Below are positions 51,669 through 57,238 of a stretch of 57,238 nucleotides of DNA, piece by piece. This stretch comes from Candidatus Endobugula sertula. GTDB taxonomy: Bacteria > Pseudomonadota > Gammaproteobacteria > Pseudomonadales > Cellvibrionaceae. The DNA lies in NCBI GenBank assembly GCA_001723645.1, contig MDLC01000015.1:1-57238 (forward strand). The letters run 5' to 3'. Position 1 is the first letter of the stretch; every line of letters begins with the position of its first letter. The notes under the pieces were generated by a model that saw nothing but the letters and a program-made list of their open reading frames with translations, had not been told where the DNA came from and made no database searches. Both the position numbers and the translations under genes were made by a program.

Positions 51669-51818
51669 TGGAGCGATGTATGGGAATCGAACCCATTTCC
51701 TCTGCTTGGACTGCTTTGCAGGAGCAAAAGCAGGACATCATGTAGTGGTGGTTGCGAAGCAATTGTGTATAGGGATATACACAACAACGCAGGTACCTCA
51801 CCATTCGGTTAACATCGC
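51669..51818 (-). tRNA. Oversized (150 nt) tRNA-like gene with an ~80-90 nt insertion in the anticodon arm. Anticodon undetermined. CCA encoded.
   Basis: 5' part: GCGATGT TA ACC GAATGGTGA GGT A CCTGC. 3' part: GCAGA GGAA ATGGG TTCGATT CCCAT ACATCGC T CCA. Acceptor pairs 7/7. The insert holds the hairpins TTGTGTATA-TCCC-TATACACAA and CTGCTTTTGC-TCCT-GCAAAGCAG. Confidence 0.55.
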
Positions 51819-51824
51819 ATAAAT

Positions 51825-51902
51825 TGGTCTGGGTGGTAGGGTTTGAACCTACGACCTTTGGGTTCCAAACCCAACACGCTAACCAAACTGCGCTACACCC
51901 AG
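51825..51902 (-). tRNA. tRNA-Pro (TGG), CCA encoded
   Basis: Hand fold: CTGGGTG TA GCGC AGTTTGGTTA GCGT G TTGGG TTTGGAA CCCAA AGGTC GTAGG TTCAAAC CCTAC CACCCAG A CCA. Confidence 0.9.
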
Positions 51903-51910
51903 AATAAATT

Positions 51911-52052
51911 TGGCGGTTCATACCACTTCCCATAAATAGAGAGGGAACCGGTGATCTCTCGGCTTATTCACATGAATGTAATGTATGCCGATTTTGCAGG
52001 AGCAAAAATCGGTGACAACCGAGCGCATTAAACCTGACTATGCTAATGAACC
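51911..52052 (-). tRNA. Oversized (142 nt) tRNA-Asp(GTC)-like gene with a 49-nt insertion after the anticodon loop and an expanded T-loop. CCA encoded.
   Basis: Hand fold: GGTTCAT TA GCAT AGTCAGGTTTA ATGC G CTCGG TTGTCAC [CGATTTTTGC-TCCT-GCAAAATCGG CATACATTACATTCATGTGAATAAG] CCGAG AGATC ACCGG [TTCCC TCTCTATTTAT GGGAA] GTGGT ATGAACC G CCA. Acceptor pairs 7/7. Confidence 0.6.
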
Positions 52053-52057
52053 TTAAT

Positions 52058-52133
52058 TGGTGGAGACCGTGGGAATCGAACCCACCACACAGTGCTTGCA
52101 AAGCATCGTCGCCCCCTTGATACATGGGCCCCC
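52058..52133 (-). tRNA. tRNA-Ala (TGC) with G3:U70, a poorly paired D-arm, CCA encoded
   Basis: Hand fold: GGGGGCC CA TGTATCAAGGGGGCGAC GATGC TTTGCAA GCACT GTGTG GTGGG TTCGATT CCCAC GGTCTCC A CCA. The G3-T70 wobble is present. No convincing D-stem. Confidence 0.7.
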
Positions 52134-52138
52134 AATTT

Positions 52139-52293
52139 TGGAGTGCGAGGCTGGGTGAAAGAAGTGTTGTTAGCAAAGCACTGCTTTGTACTTCTTGAAC
52201 GCCCAAAACTTATAATTTTTGGCCGGCCCGCTTGCGGCAAACCAGCGTATACGGAGGTTGCAGCTCCGCGCATCGTCTCTCTGCCACTCGCAC
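52139..52293 (-). tRNA. Oversized (155 nt) tRNA-Cys(GCA)-like gene with an 87-nt T-loop. U73, CCA encoded.
   Basis: Hand fold: GTGCGAG TG GCAG AGAGACG ATGC G CGGAG CTGCAAC CTCCG TATAC GCTGG [87 nt, including AAGAAGT..ACTTCTT and AAAGC-AGT-GCTTT hairpins] CCAGC CTCGCAC T CCA. Acceptor, anticodon and T stems all pair perfectly. Confidence 0.6.
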
Positions 52294-52310
52294 AAAATAG
52301 TTATTCAGAT

Positions 52311-52384
52311 TGGCAACAGCGTCAGGATTCGAACCTGGAATACCGGAGTCAAAGTCCAGTGTGTTACCGTTACACCACGCTGCT
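52311..52384 (-). tRNA. tRNA-Gln (TTG), G73, CCA encoded
   Basis: Hand fold: AGCAGCG TG GTGT AACGGTA ACAC A CTGGA CTTTGAC TCCGG TATT CCAGG TTCGAAT CCTGA CGCTGTT G CCA. One T-stem mismatch. Confidence 0.8.
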
Positions 52385-52392
52385 ATATTTTT

Positions 52393-52481
52393 TGGTCGTG
52401 AGGAGCGGGTTTGAACTCTCGCAGCACTCTTGTTACTGTGCGGATTAGCAATCCGCTGCCTTACCACTCGGCCACATTTCC
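52393..52481 (-). tRNA. tRNA-Ser(GCT)-like, probably defective (acceptor and T stems do not pair)
   Basis: Type II D-arm GCCGAGTGGTAAGGC, anticodon arm GCGGA TTGCTAA TCCGC, and a long variable arm. The 5' strand GGAAATG pairs at only 3 of 7 positions with CCTCACG, and the T-stem GAGAG/CCGCT is poor. Confidence 0.5.
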
Positions 52482-52487
52482 AATAAT

Positions 52488-52629
52488 TGGTTGCGGTGGC
52501 TGGAATAACCAAAGTACTTTCTGTACTTTGCTCTGCGAGTGCTTCGCTGCTCAAAATGCTCCAGGCATTTTGTCGAACCAACAAGTTCGGGCATATGAAA
52601 CCCGCGAGTAGCCATAGCTCAACACCGCT
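52488..52629 (-). tRNA. Oversized (142 nt) initiator-like tRNA (CAT) with the same 74-nt T-loop architecture as 51518..51658. CCA encoded.
   Basis: Hand fold: AGCGGTG TT GAGC TATGGCT A CTC G CGGGT TTCATAT GCCCG AACTT GTTGG [TTCGA CAAAATGC-CTGGA-GCATTTTG AGCAGCGAAGCACTCGCAGAG CAAAGTAC-AGAAA-GTACTTTG GTTATT] CCAGC CACCGCA A CCA. There is a 1:72 A-A mismatch, and the 3' end CCGCAACCA resembles remembered E. coli tRNA-fMet. Confidence 0.6.
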
Positions 52630-52640
52630 TCAAATAGTAG

Positions 52641-52715
52641 TAGGCCAAGGCGGATTCGAACCGCTCCTTATCCCGCTTATGAGGCGGGTGCATTCACCGA
52701 TTATGCTATTGGCCT
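52641..52715 (-). tRNA. tRNA with CAT anticodon (Met/Ile2 type), no CCA encoded
   Basis: Hand fold: AGGCCAA TA GCAT AATCGGTGA ATGC A CCCGC CTCATAA GCGGG ATAAGG AGCGG TTCGAAT CCGCC TTGGCCT A. Followed by CTA. Confidence 0.75.
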
Positions 52716-52725
52716 AATTTAAAAT

Positions 52726-52809
52726 TGGTGTAGGCAGATGGAGTTGAACCACCAAAGCTTTCGCGACCGGGTTACAACCGGCTAGAGTCACCACGTCTCT
52801 TCTGTGTAC
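52726..52809 (-). tRNA. tRNA-Tyr (GTA), type II, with two central acceptor mismatches. CCA encoded.
   Basis: Hand fold: GTACACA GA AGAG ACGTGGTGA CTCT A GCCGG TTGTAAC CCGGT CGCGAAAGCTTT GGTGG TTCAACT CCATC TGCCTAC A CCA. An alternative 5' strand GCAGGTA (to 52813) pairs 6/7 but leaves a 6-nt connector. Confidence 0.65.
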
Positions 52810-52818
52810 CTGCATAAT

Positions 52819-52895
52819 TGGCTCCGGCAGTTGGGATCGAACCAACGAACTCCTGATTAACAGTCAGGCGCATTACCACTCTGCTTCACACCGGA
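52819..52895 (-). tRNA. tRNA-Asn (GTT), CCA encoded
   Basis: Hand fold: TCCGGTG TGAAGCAGAGTGGTAATGC G CCTGA CTGTTAA TCAGG AGTTC GTTGG TTCGATC CCAAC TGCCGGA G CCA. The D-stem is shifted (GCA/TGC). Confidence 0.8.
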
Positions 52896-52902
52896 ATAAA
52901 AT

Positions 52903-52979
52903 TGGTACAGTGAGCTGGACTCGAACCAGCACTCTCCTGATCTTCAATCAAGCGCTCTACCAATTGGAGCTATCACTGC
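52903..52979 (-). tRNA. tRNA-Phe (GAA), CCA encoded
   Basis: Hand fold: GCAGTGA TA GCTC CAATTGGTA GAGC G CTTGA TTGAAGA TCAGG AGAGT GCTGG TTCGAGT CCAGC TCACTGT A CCA. Confidence 0.9.
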
Positions 52980-52987
52980 CGTTTTAT

Positions 52988-53173
52988 TTGGCACGCGGTG
53001 AAAGAAAAGTATCAAACCTCATCGAGGAGTGGAACGACAGCAATAAAATTGATCCTGAACGGCTAGAAGACCAGCTCACACCAGAGCGTTATAGGGCGCT
53101 ATTTGATACCCTCGTAGATTGGAATGACTATCTTGACAACCATGCACCGGATATCAAGGAGTTGTTGCTATGA
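52988..53173 (+). CDS. Small hypothetical protein upstream of mobC (start uncertain, TTG)
   Basis: The part of track ORF 52910..53173 that lies outside tRNA-Phe. Its stop overlaps the mobC-like start (ATGA). Confidence 0.3.
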   Translation: MARGERKVSNLIEEWNDSNKIDPERLEDQLTPERYRALFDTLVDWNDYLDNHAPDIKELLL

Positions 53174-53598
53174 ACAATTCTGCGAACCTCAAACAAGCGT
53201 TTGAAACCTCTAGCGCTCAAAATACCATCAAACCTAAAAAGCAGTATGCACGAACATTTTCTATGCGTCTTACGGATGGTGAACGTGATTTCTTAGACCA
53301 GCATAGCGGCTCTTTGTCATGGTCTGGCTATATCCGCAAGCGTGTCTTTGGTGAAAAAGCCGAAAAACGTCGCCCTGTAAAACGAGCTGTGCCAGATACG
53401 GCGCTACTAGCTCAAGTTCTCGCAGAGCTAGGCGCTTCCCGTTTATCTGCCAATATCAACCAACTGGCAAAACACGCCAATATGGGAACGCTGGACGTTT
53501 CGCCTGAAACTGAGCGCGAGATTGAAAGCGCCTGCCGTGAAATCCATACCCTGCGTATGCTGTTGATTGCTGCCTTGGGTGTTCAGCCAGAGGATTAG
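53170..53598 (+). CDS. MobC-like relaxosome accessory protein
   Basis: RHH-like N-terminal part (FSMRLTDGERDFL) and the ELGASRLSANINQLAKHANMG motif typical of MobC-family mobilisation proteins. Immediately upstream of the relaxase. Confidence 0.8.
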   Translation: MNNSANLKQAFETSSAQNTIKPKKQYARTFSMRLTDGERDFLDQHSGSLSWSGYIRKRVFGEKAEKRRPVKRAVPDTALLAQVLAELGASRLSANINQLAKHANMGTLDVSPETEREIESACREIHTLRMLLIAALGVQPED

Positions 53599-53600
53599 AG

Positions 53601-54734
53601 ATGATATTGCACGGCAATCAACGCGGCGGCGCTAAAGATATGGCGCTTCATCTTATGAAAGATGAAAACGAACATATTGAGGTGTACGAGATCAGAGGCT
53701 TTGCTTCTGAAAACCTCATAGGGGCTTTTAACGAAGCCTATGCCATTAGCCGCGCCACACGTTGTAAGCAATTCCTATACTCTCTAAGCTTAAACCCGCC
53801 ACCGGATGAGCAGGTATCTACTGAAAGCTTTAAAAAAGCCATTAATCAGGCTGAACAACGGCTAGGGCTGGATAATCAGCCCCGCGTTATTGTTTTCCAT
53901 GAAAAGCAGGGGCGTAGGCATTGCCATGTTGTCTGGTCACGAATTGATAGCTCTGAATTAAAGGCCATACGGCTTCCTTTTACCAAGTTGAAATTACGGG
54001 AGTTATCCCGCGAATTATTCCTAGAGCATGGCTGGGCTATGCCCGAAGGTTTGCGGGATTCCCACAACCGTGACCCGCGTAATTTTACCTTGGCAGAATG
54101 GCAGCAAGCCAAACGCACAGGCAAGAACCCCAAGCAGGTTAAGGCCGTATTCCAAGAATGCTGGAATATTAGCGATACACAAAGCGCTTTTGCCAATGCC
54201 CTAAAAGAGCATGGTTATATCTTGGCGCGTGGTGATCGGCGCGGCTTTGTTGCGGTGGATTTTAAAGGTGAAGCTTTCGCCGTGTCTAAATGGGTTGGCA
54301 TTAAAGCAAAAGACGTTAAAGCCAAACTCAACGAAGCGGATAAGTTGCTTCCATTTGCAGACGCTAAAGCACACATGGCAAATGCTATGGCGGCAACATT
54401 GCAAAAGGCTCAAGAGCAGCAAAATACCGCTATTCGTGAGCGCCAAAATCAGCTTGAGGCAAGACTTGAAGCCATGGCCATGCAACATAAGCAAGAACGC
54501 CAAAATCTGGAACAAACACAAGATATACGCCGTATTGAAGAAACCAAAACCCGCCAAGCCAGATACAGCAAAGGCTTACGAGGCCTATGGCAACGCCTGG
54601 ATAAGTTCAGGGAACAGGGGCAAAAGCATATCACTCAAGACATACAACAATACCGCGAAATCCAACAACATAAGCGGGATACGTTCAGCATGACAGACCC
54701 ACAAAAACATAGGGGTAGAGGGCTTGAGCGTTAA
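53601..54734 (+). CDS. Relaxase / mobilisation nuclease (MobA/VirD2-type)
   Basis: N-terminal relaxase domain with HCHVVWSRI (His-triad region), then a long Q/E-rich coiled-coil tail. 377 aa. Confidence 0.88.
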   Translation: MILHGNQRGGAKDMALHLMKDENEHIEVYEIRGFASENLIGAFNEAYAISRATRCKQFLYSLSLNPPPDEQVSTESFKKAINQAEQRLGLDNQPRVIVFHEKQGRRHCHVVWSRIDSSELKAIRLPFTKLKLRELSRELFLEHGWAMPEGLRDSHNRDPRNFTLAEWQQAKRTGKNPKQVKAVFQECWNISDTQSAFANALKEHGYILARGDRRGFVAVDFKGEAFAVSKWVGIKAKDVKAKLNEADKLLPFADAKAHMANAMAATLQKAQEQQNTAIRERQNQLEARLEAMAMQHKQERQNLEQTQDIRRIEETKTRQARYSKGLRGLWQRLDKFREQGQKHITQDIQQYREIQQHKRDTFSMTDPQKHRGRGLER

Positions 54735-54822
54735 TTAATTGGTTAAATTTGACTCAAACAGCAAAAAAGTTGTATGCTTAAACATATATGTGTTTATACG
54801 CTTATTTATAGAGGTAACTATC

Positions 54823-55059
54823 ATGACACGTTGGAGTCTTGTTGTTAATAACGAAACCGATCAAAGCTTACGTGCTTTTCTGGGTCAGAAAGGTGCGAAA
54901 AAAGGTGATTTATCCAAATTCGTAGAAGAAGCCGTACTGGATAAATTACTGGCTGAAACAGCAGAAATGATTAAAGAGCGTAATGCTGCCGATGATCAAA
55001 TGAATATTATGAGTACAGTAAATGAAGCATTAGAGGCTGTACGTGCGCATAGTTCTTGA
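54823..55059 (+). CDS. Ribbon-helix-helix antitoxin
   Basis: An RBS gaggt precedes ATG 54823. 78 aa with an MTRWSLVVNNETDQSLRAFL beta-strand start. Its end overlaps the PIN gene. Confidence 0.7.
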   Translation: MTRWSLVVNNETDQSLRAFLGQKGAKKGDLSKFVEEAVLDKLLAETAEMIKERNAADDQMNIMSTVNEALEAVRAHSS

Positions 55060-55459
55060 TACAGGCATTTTAGTTAGCGCATTAATCACCAAAGATACGC
55101 CGCCTGATTGGTTGTACCAATCATGGTGTAAACAAGCCTTTACGCTTGTCACCTCTGAAGAGCAACTGGAAGAAATAAAGCGTGTACTGTCTTATAAAAA
55201 GCTCGAACGTTTTATCAATCAGTCCGAAGCACAAATTCTGCTAGAAGCTCTCCACCGAAAAGCAGATATTGCAACAGACCTACCTTTTGTTGAACTATCA
55301 CCTGACCCTGATGATAACCGTATTATTGCCACGGCGCTGGCTGGGCAAGCGGATTATCTGGTATCAGGCGATAAGGCGGATTTATTGAGCCTTGGCATGG
55401 CTCATGATATTCCCATTCTTACTGCTCGGCAGATGGCAGAACGCTTGAAACTGGGTTAA
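55043..55459 (+). CDS. PIN-domain toxin
   Basis: IVLDTGILVSALI (the first acidic residue), D...D in DPDDNRIIATA and SGD. 138 aa, GTG start. Confidence 0.8.
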   Translation: MRIVLDTGILVSALITKDTPPDWLYQSWCKQAFTLVTSEEQLEEIKRVLSYKKLERFINQSEAQILLEALHRKADIATDLPFVELSPDPDDNRIIATALAGQADYLVSGDKADLLSLGMAHDIPILTARQMAERLKLG

Positions 55460-55475
55460 ATAACAAAGCCATTTA

Positions 55476-56027
55476 TCAATTGAAAAAGTCTCGAATGTCC
55501 ATAATTGCACCTTTCCCGTTAAGGTGCTGGCGCATTTGATTTAGCTTTTCATAAATTGTGACAGTATATATTCCGTTAAAGCTGCCATATATCTTATGGT
55601 CTTCCCCCGTTTCACAATATTTAGGGTTATCCAATGTGTGAAAAGTTCTACAGTGAAATGGCCTTACCTCATATATCGTACATTCGCCTTCATCACCAAG
55701 AAAAGGACAAGGGCTAGTATGTCCGGTAGAAGCAATTAATTGTCTGGGCTTTCTCTTTCGACGGGTCTCTTCCTCTATAAGTTTTGCTTCTAATTCAGTG
55801 ATCGTGACATCAATTTTGCAGCAGTGAGAACATCCTTTCGAGCAAACAGAGAAGGTTTTAACAAAGTCACCATAATCTTCTAAATATTTGTAAATATCTT
55901 TTAGCTTCAAAATAGCTCTTTTATTTTTAGATTGAAGTGTGCTCAGTAACTTCTTGCACTTAATAGCTAATTCATTAGGGATAGCAGGTAATACCGTTTC
56001 TTCACTTTTATCTTTAAACTTTATCAT
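55476..56027 (-). CDS. YkgJ-family cysteine-cluster (Zn/Fe-chelating) protein
   Basis: CSKGCSHCCK (CxxCxxCC) plus a second C-rich block CPFLGDEGECTIYEVRPFHCR. Confidence 0.8.
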   Translation of the reverse strand: MIKFKDKSEETVLPAIPNELAIKCKKLLSTLQSKNKRAILKLKDIYKYLEDYGDFVKTFSVCSKGCSHCCKIDVTITELEAKLIEEETRRKRKPRQLIASTGHTSPCPFLGDEGECTIYEVRPFHCRTFHTLDNPKYCETGEDHKIYGSFNGIYTVTIYEKLNQMRQHLNGKGAIMDIRDFFN

Positions 56028-56147
56028 TATACGACCTCTGATAACCTCTACGATTAAATCATGATGATATTGATGCCAAAAAAGTGGCTAGTTACACCTT
56101 AGCTGAGAGTAACAAAATAAGTGAACAAAGACGACGATAAGAGGAAC

Positions 56148-56336
56148 CTAAAATGAGGTATTAGGTACTTTTTTAATATAATCACGAACGGCGATGAGTA
56201 TAGGGCTTAGATCTTCGTCTTTGCTATGAATCATCTTCAAAACCGTATCCTCGCTATCGGCTAGATCACAAAGCATAGAGCCATACATTTTCATGTAGCT
56301 GCGGTATTTGCGTTTAAGCTGTGCTGGTGTTGTCAT
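56148..56336 (-). CDS. Small hypothetical protein downstream of the resolvase
   Basis: ORF from an internal ATG (MTTPAQLKRKY...). Overlaps the resolvase 3' end. Confidence 0.35.
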   Translation of the reverse strand: MTTPAQLKRKYRSYMKMYGSMLCDLADSEDTVLKMIHSKDEDLSPILIAVRDYIKKVPNTSF

Positions 56337-56925
56337 TGCTGGAAGTCCTTTTTTTCTGAGGGGTATATTCATTTAAGATGCGGCTGAGAGTGCGGGTAGA
56401 GATGCCAAATTCTTTGGCTATCTCTTTATGAGTGTATTGCTGTTGGGCTTTCATTTTGAGGAGTGCGCGGGTTTTACGCTGTGATAGTTTACGCCGCCGC
56501 CCAAGGTGTTTGCCGTTTTGTCGGGCGATTTCCAACCCTGCTTTGGTTCGCTCTGAAATAATATCGCGCTCAAGCTCTGCAAAGGCATTGCGGATGGTAT
56601 ACATGCACTTACCCATCGGGGTTGTTGTGTCGATAGCTTCCGTCAAACATTTAAACTCAAGGCCGCGTTGCTGAAATAAATCTAATACGTCTAGTGCGTT
56701 TCTAACCGAACGGAAGGCACGGTCAAATTTCCAAATCACCAGCACATCACCATACTGCATAGACGCAATAGCGCTGTCGAAGCCTGGGCGTGATTTAGCG
56801 ATAGCGGACACGCCCAAGTCTTCGAAGATATTATTCTGCTCACACCCTGCTAATATCAGGGCTTTGCGTTGTAGGTCTAAATTCTGTTCACTGGTGCTAA
56901 CCCGCGCATAACCAATCAAGGCCAT
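56314..56925 (-). CDS. Serine recombinase (resolvase/invertase family)
   Basis: MALIGYARVSTSEQNLDLQ (catalytic Ser), VWKFDRAFRS, and a C-terminal HTH HKEIAKEFGISTRTLSRIL. Confidence 0.92.
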   Translation of the reverse strand: MALIGYARVSTSEQNLDLQRKALILAGCEQNNIFEDLGVSAIAKSRPGFDSAIASMQYGDVLVIWKFDRAFRSVRNALDVLDLFQQRGLEFKCLTEAIDTTTPMGKCMYTIRNAFAELERDIISERTKAGLEIARQNGKHLGRRRKLSQRKTRALLKMKAQQQYTHKEIAKEFGISTRTLSRILNEYTPQKKRTSSNDNTSTA

Positions 56926-57238
56926 AAATCCTCCCATAAAATAATGTCTTCCCTATAACGGTAGACAAAACCGAACGTTTCTGTCTTATAGCCATAAGAT
57001 CACCCAGTCAATAAAAAAGAGAGAAAAAGGCGTTAAAAACGGGCGTAAACAGCCATTTTTTAAGCACAAAATAATCTTATGGAATTATGACGAAATCCTT
57101 CGATTGCGGCGGCTATTAATCTATTGATATTGCTTACTTTTTCTTGTTCTGTATGGGCAGATGCATATTCCACTCCAAGATGAACACCTTCTCCAATTGA
57201 AAATGATCACCCCCTGCGATTAAACGTGATCAGTCTCT

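Noticed and set aside
51518-52293. Group I or group II introns, or hammerhead ribozymes, as the identity of the tRNA insertions.
   Set aside because: The inserts are only 49-87 nt, far below self-splicing intron sizes, and I saw no CUGAUGA...GAAA hammerhead core. Other small ribozyme classes cannot be excluded by eye, so the inserts are reported as unexplained instead.
49779-52717. Numerous track ORFs over the tRNA array: 49779..49982, 49983..50186, 51637..51933, 51964..52206, 52043..52273, 52092..52448, 52210..52584, 52219..52401, 52411..52611, 52487..52717, and the 5' part of 52910..53173.
   Set aside because: They coincide with tRNA or tRNA-like genes, have no RBS or family similarity, and overlap each other on both strands. 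They are best explained as chance ORFs in GC-richer structured RNA genes.

Overview
The window looks like a gammaproteobacterial chromosome segment: a syntenic housekeeping backbone carrying two accessory regions.

Backbone genes:
- rph, and frmA-frmB
- an aa3-type cytochrome c oxidase cluster: coxB-coxA-ctaG-coxC-SURF1-ctaA-ctaB
- zur/znuABC, polA, a porin, and pstCAB-phoU
- an M48 peptidase and yaaA
- ygfA-ssrS(6S RNA)-zapA, and a HAD hydrolase

Accessory region 1 (1-6.8 kb) abuts a truncated yicC. It is a decaying small-molecule cluster containing:
- a glutamate-mutase E-like gene
- a B12-domain fragment joined to a class II aaRS-like core
- a frameshifted PP-loop enzyme
- an EamA-domain protein
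- a class IV aminotransferase with an in-frame TGA

Accessory region 2 (about 39 kb to the window end) is the most interesting part. It has the hallmarks of a mobilizable island: IS and recombinase remnants, a MobC/relaxase pair, an RHH-PIN toxin-antitoxin pair and a resolvase. It is packed with RNA-repair and translation-rescue functions:
- an rtcB-prfH operon extended by an uncharacterised third gene, which has a second diverged copy nearby
- a translationally coupled metallophosphoesterase-cca pair
- an SPFH protein
- a tightly spaced minus-strand array of about 18 tRNA(-like) genes, with a second rtcB, an HNH nuclease and a small ORF embedded in it

Five array members are about twice normal tRNA length (141-155 nt). 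Their acceptor stems pair, but they carry 49-87 nt structured insertions in the T-loop or beside the anticodon loop. Between copies the inserted hairpins differ by compensatory changes.

All RNA folds and protein-family calls were made by eye from the sequence and from remembered family motifs. No search tool was run.
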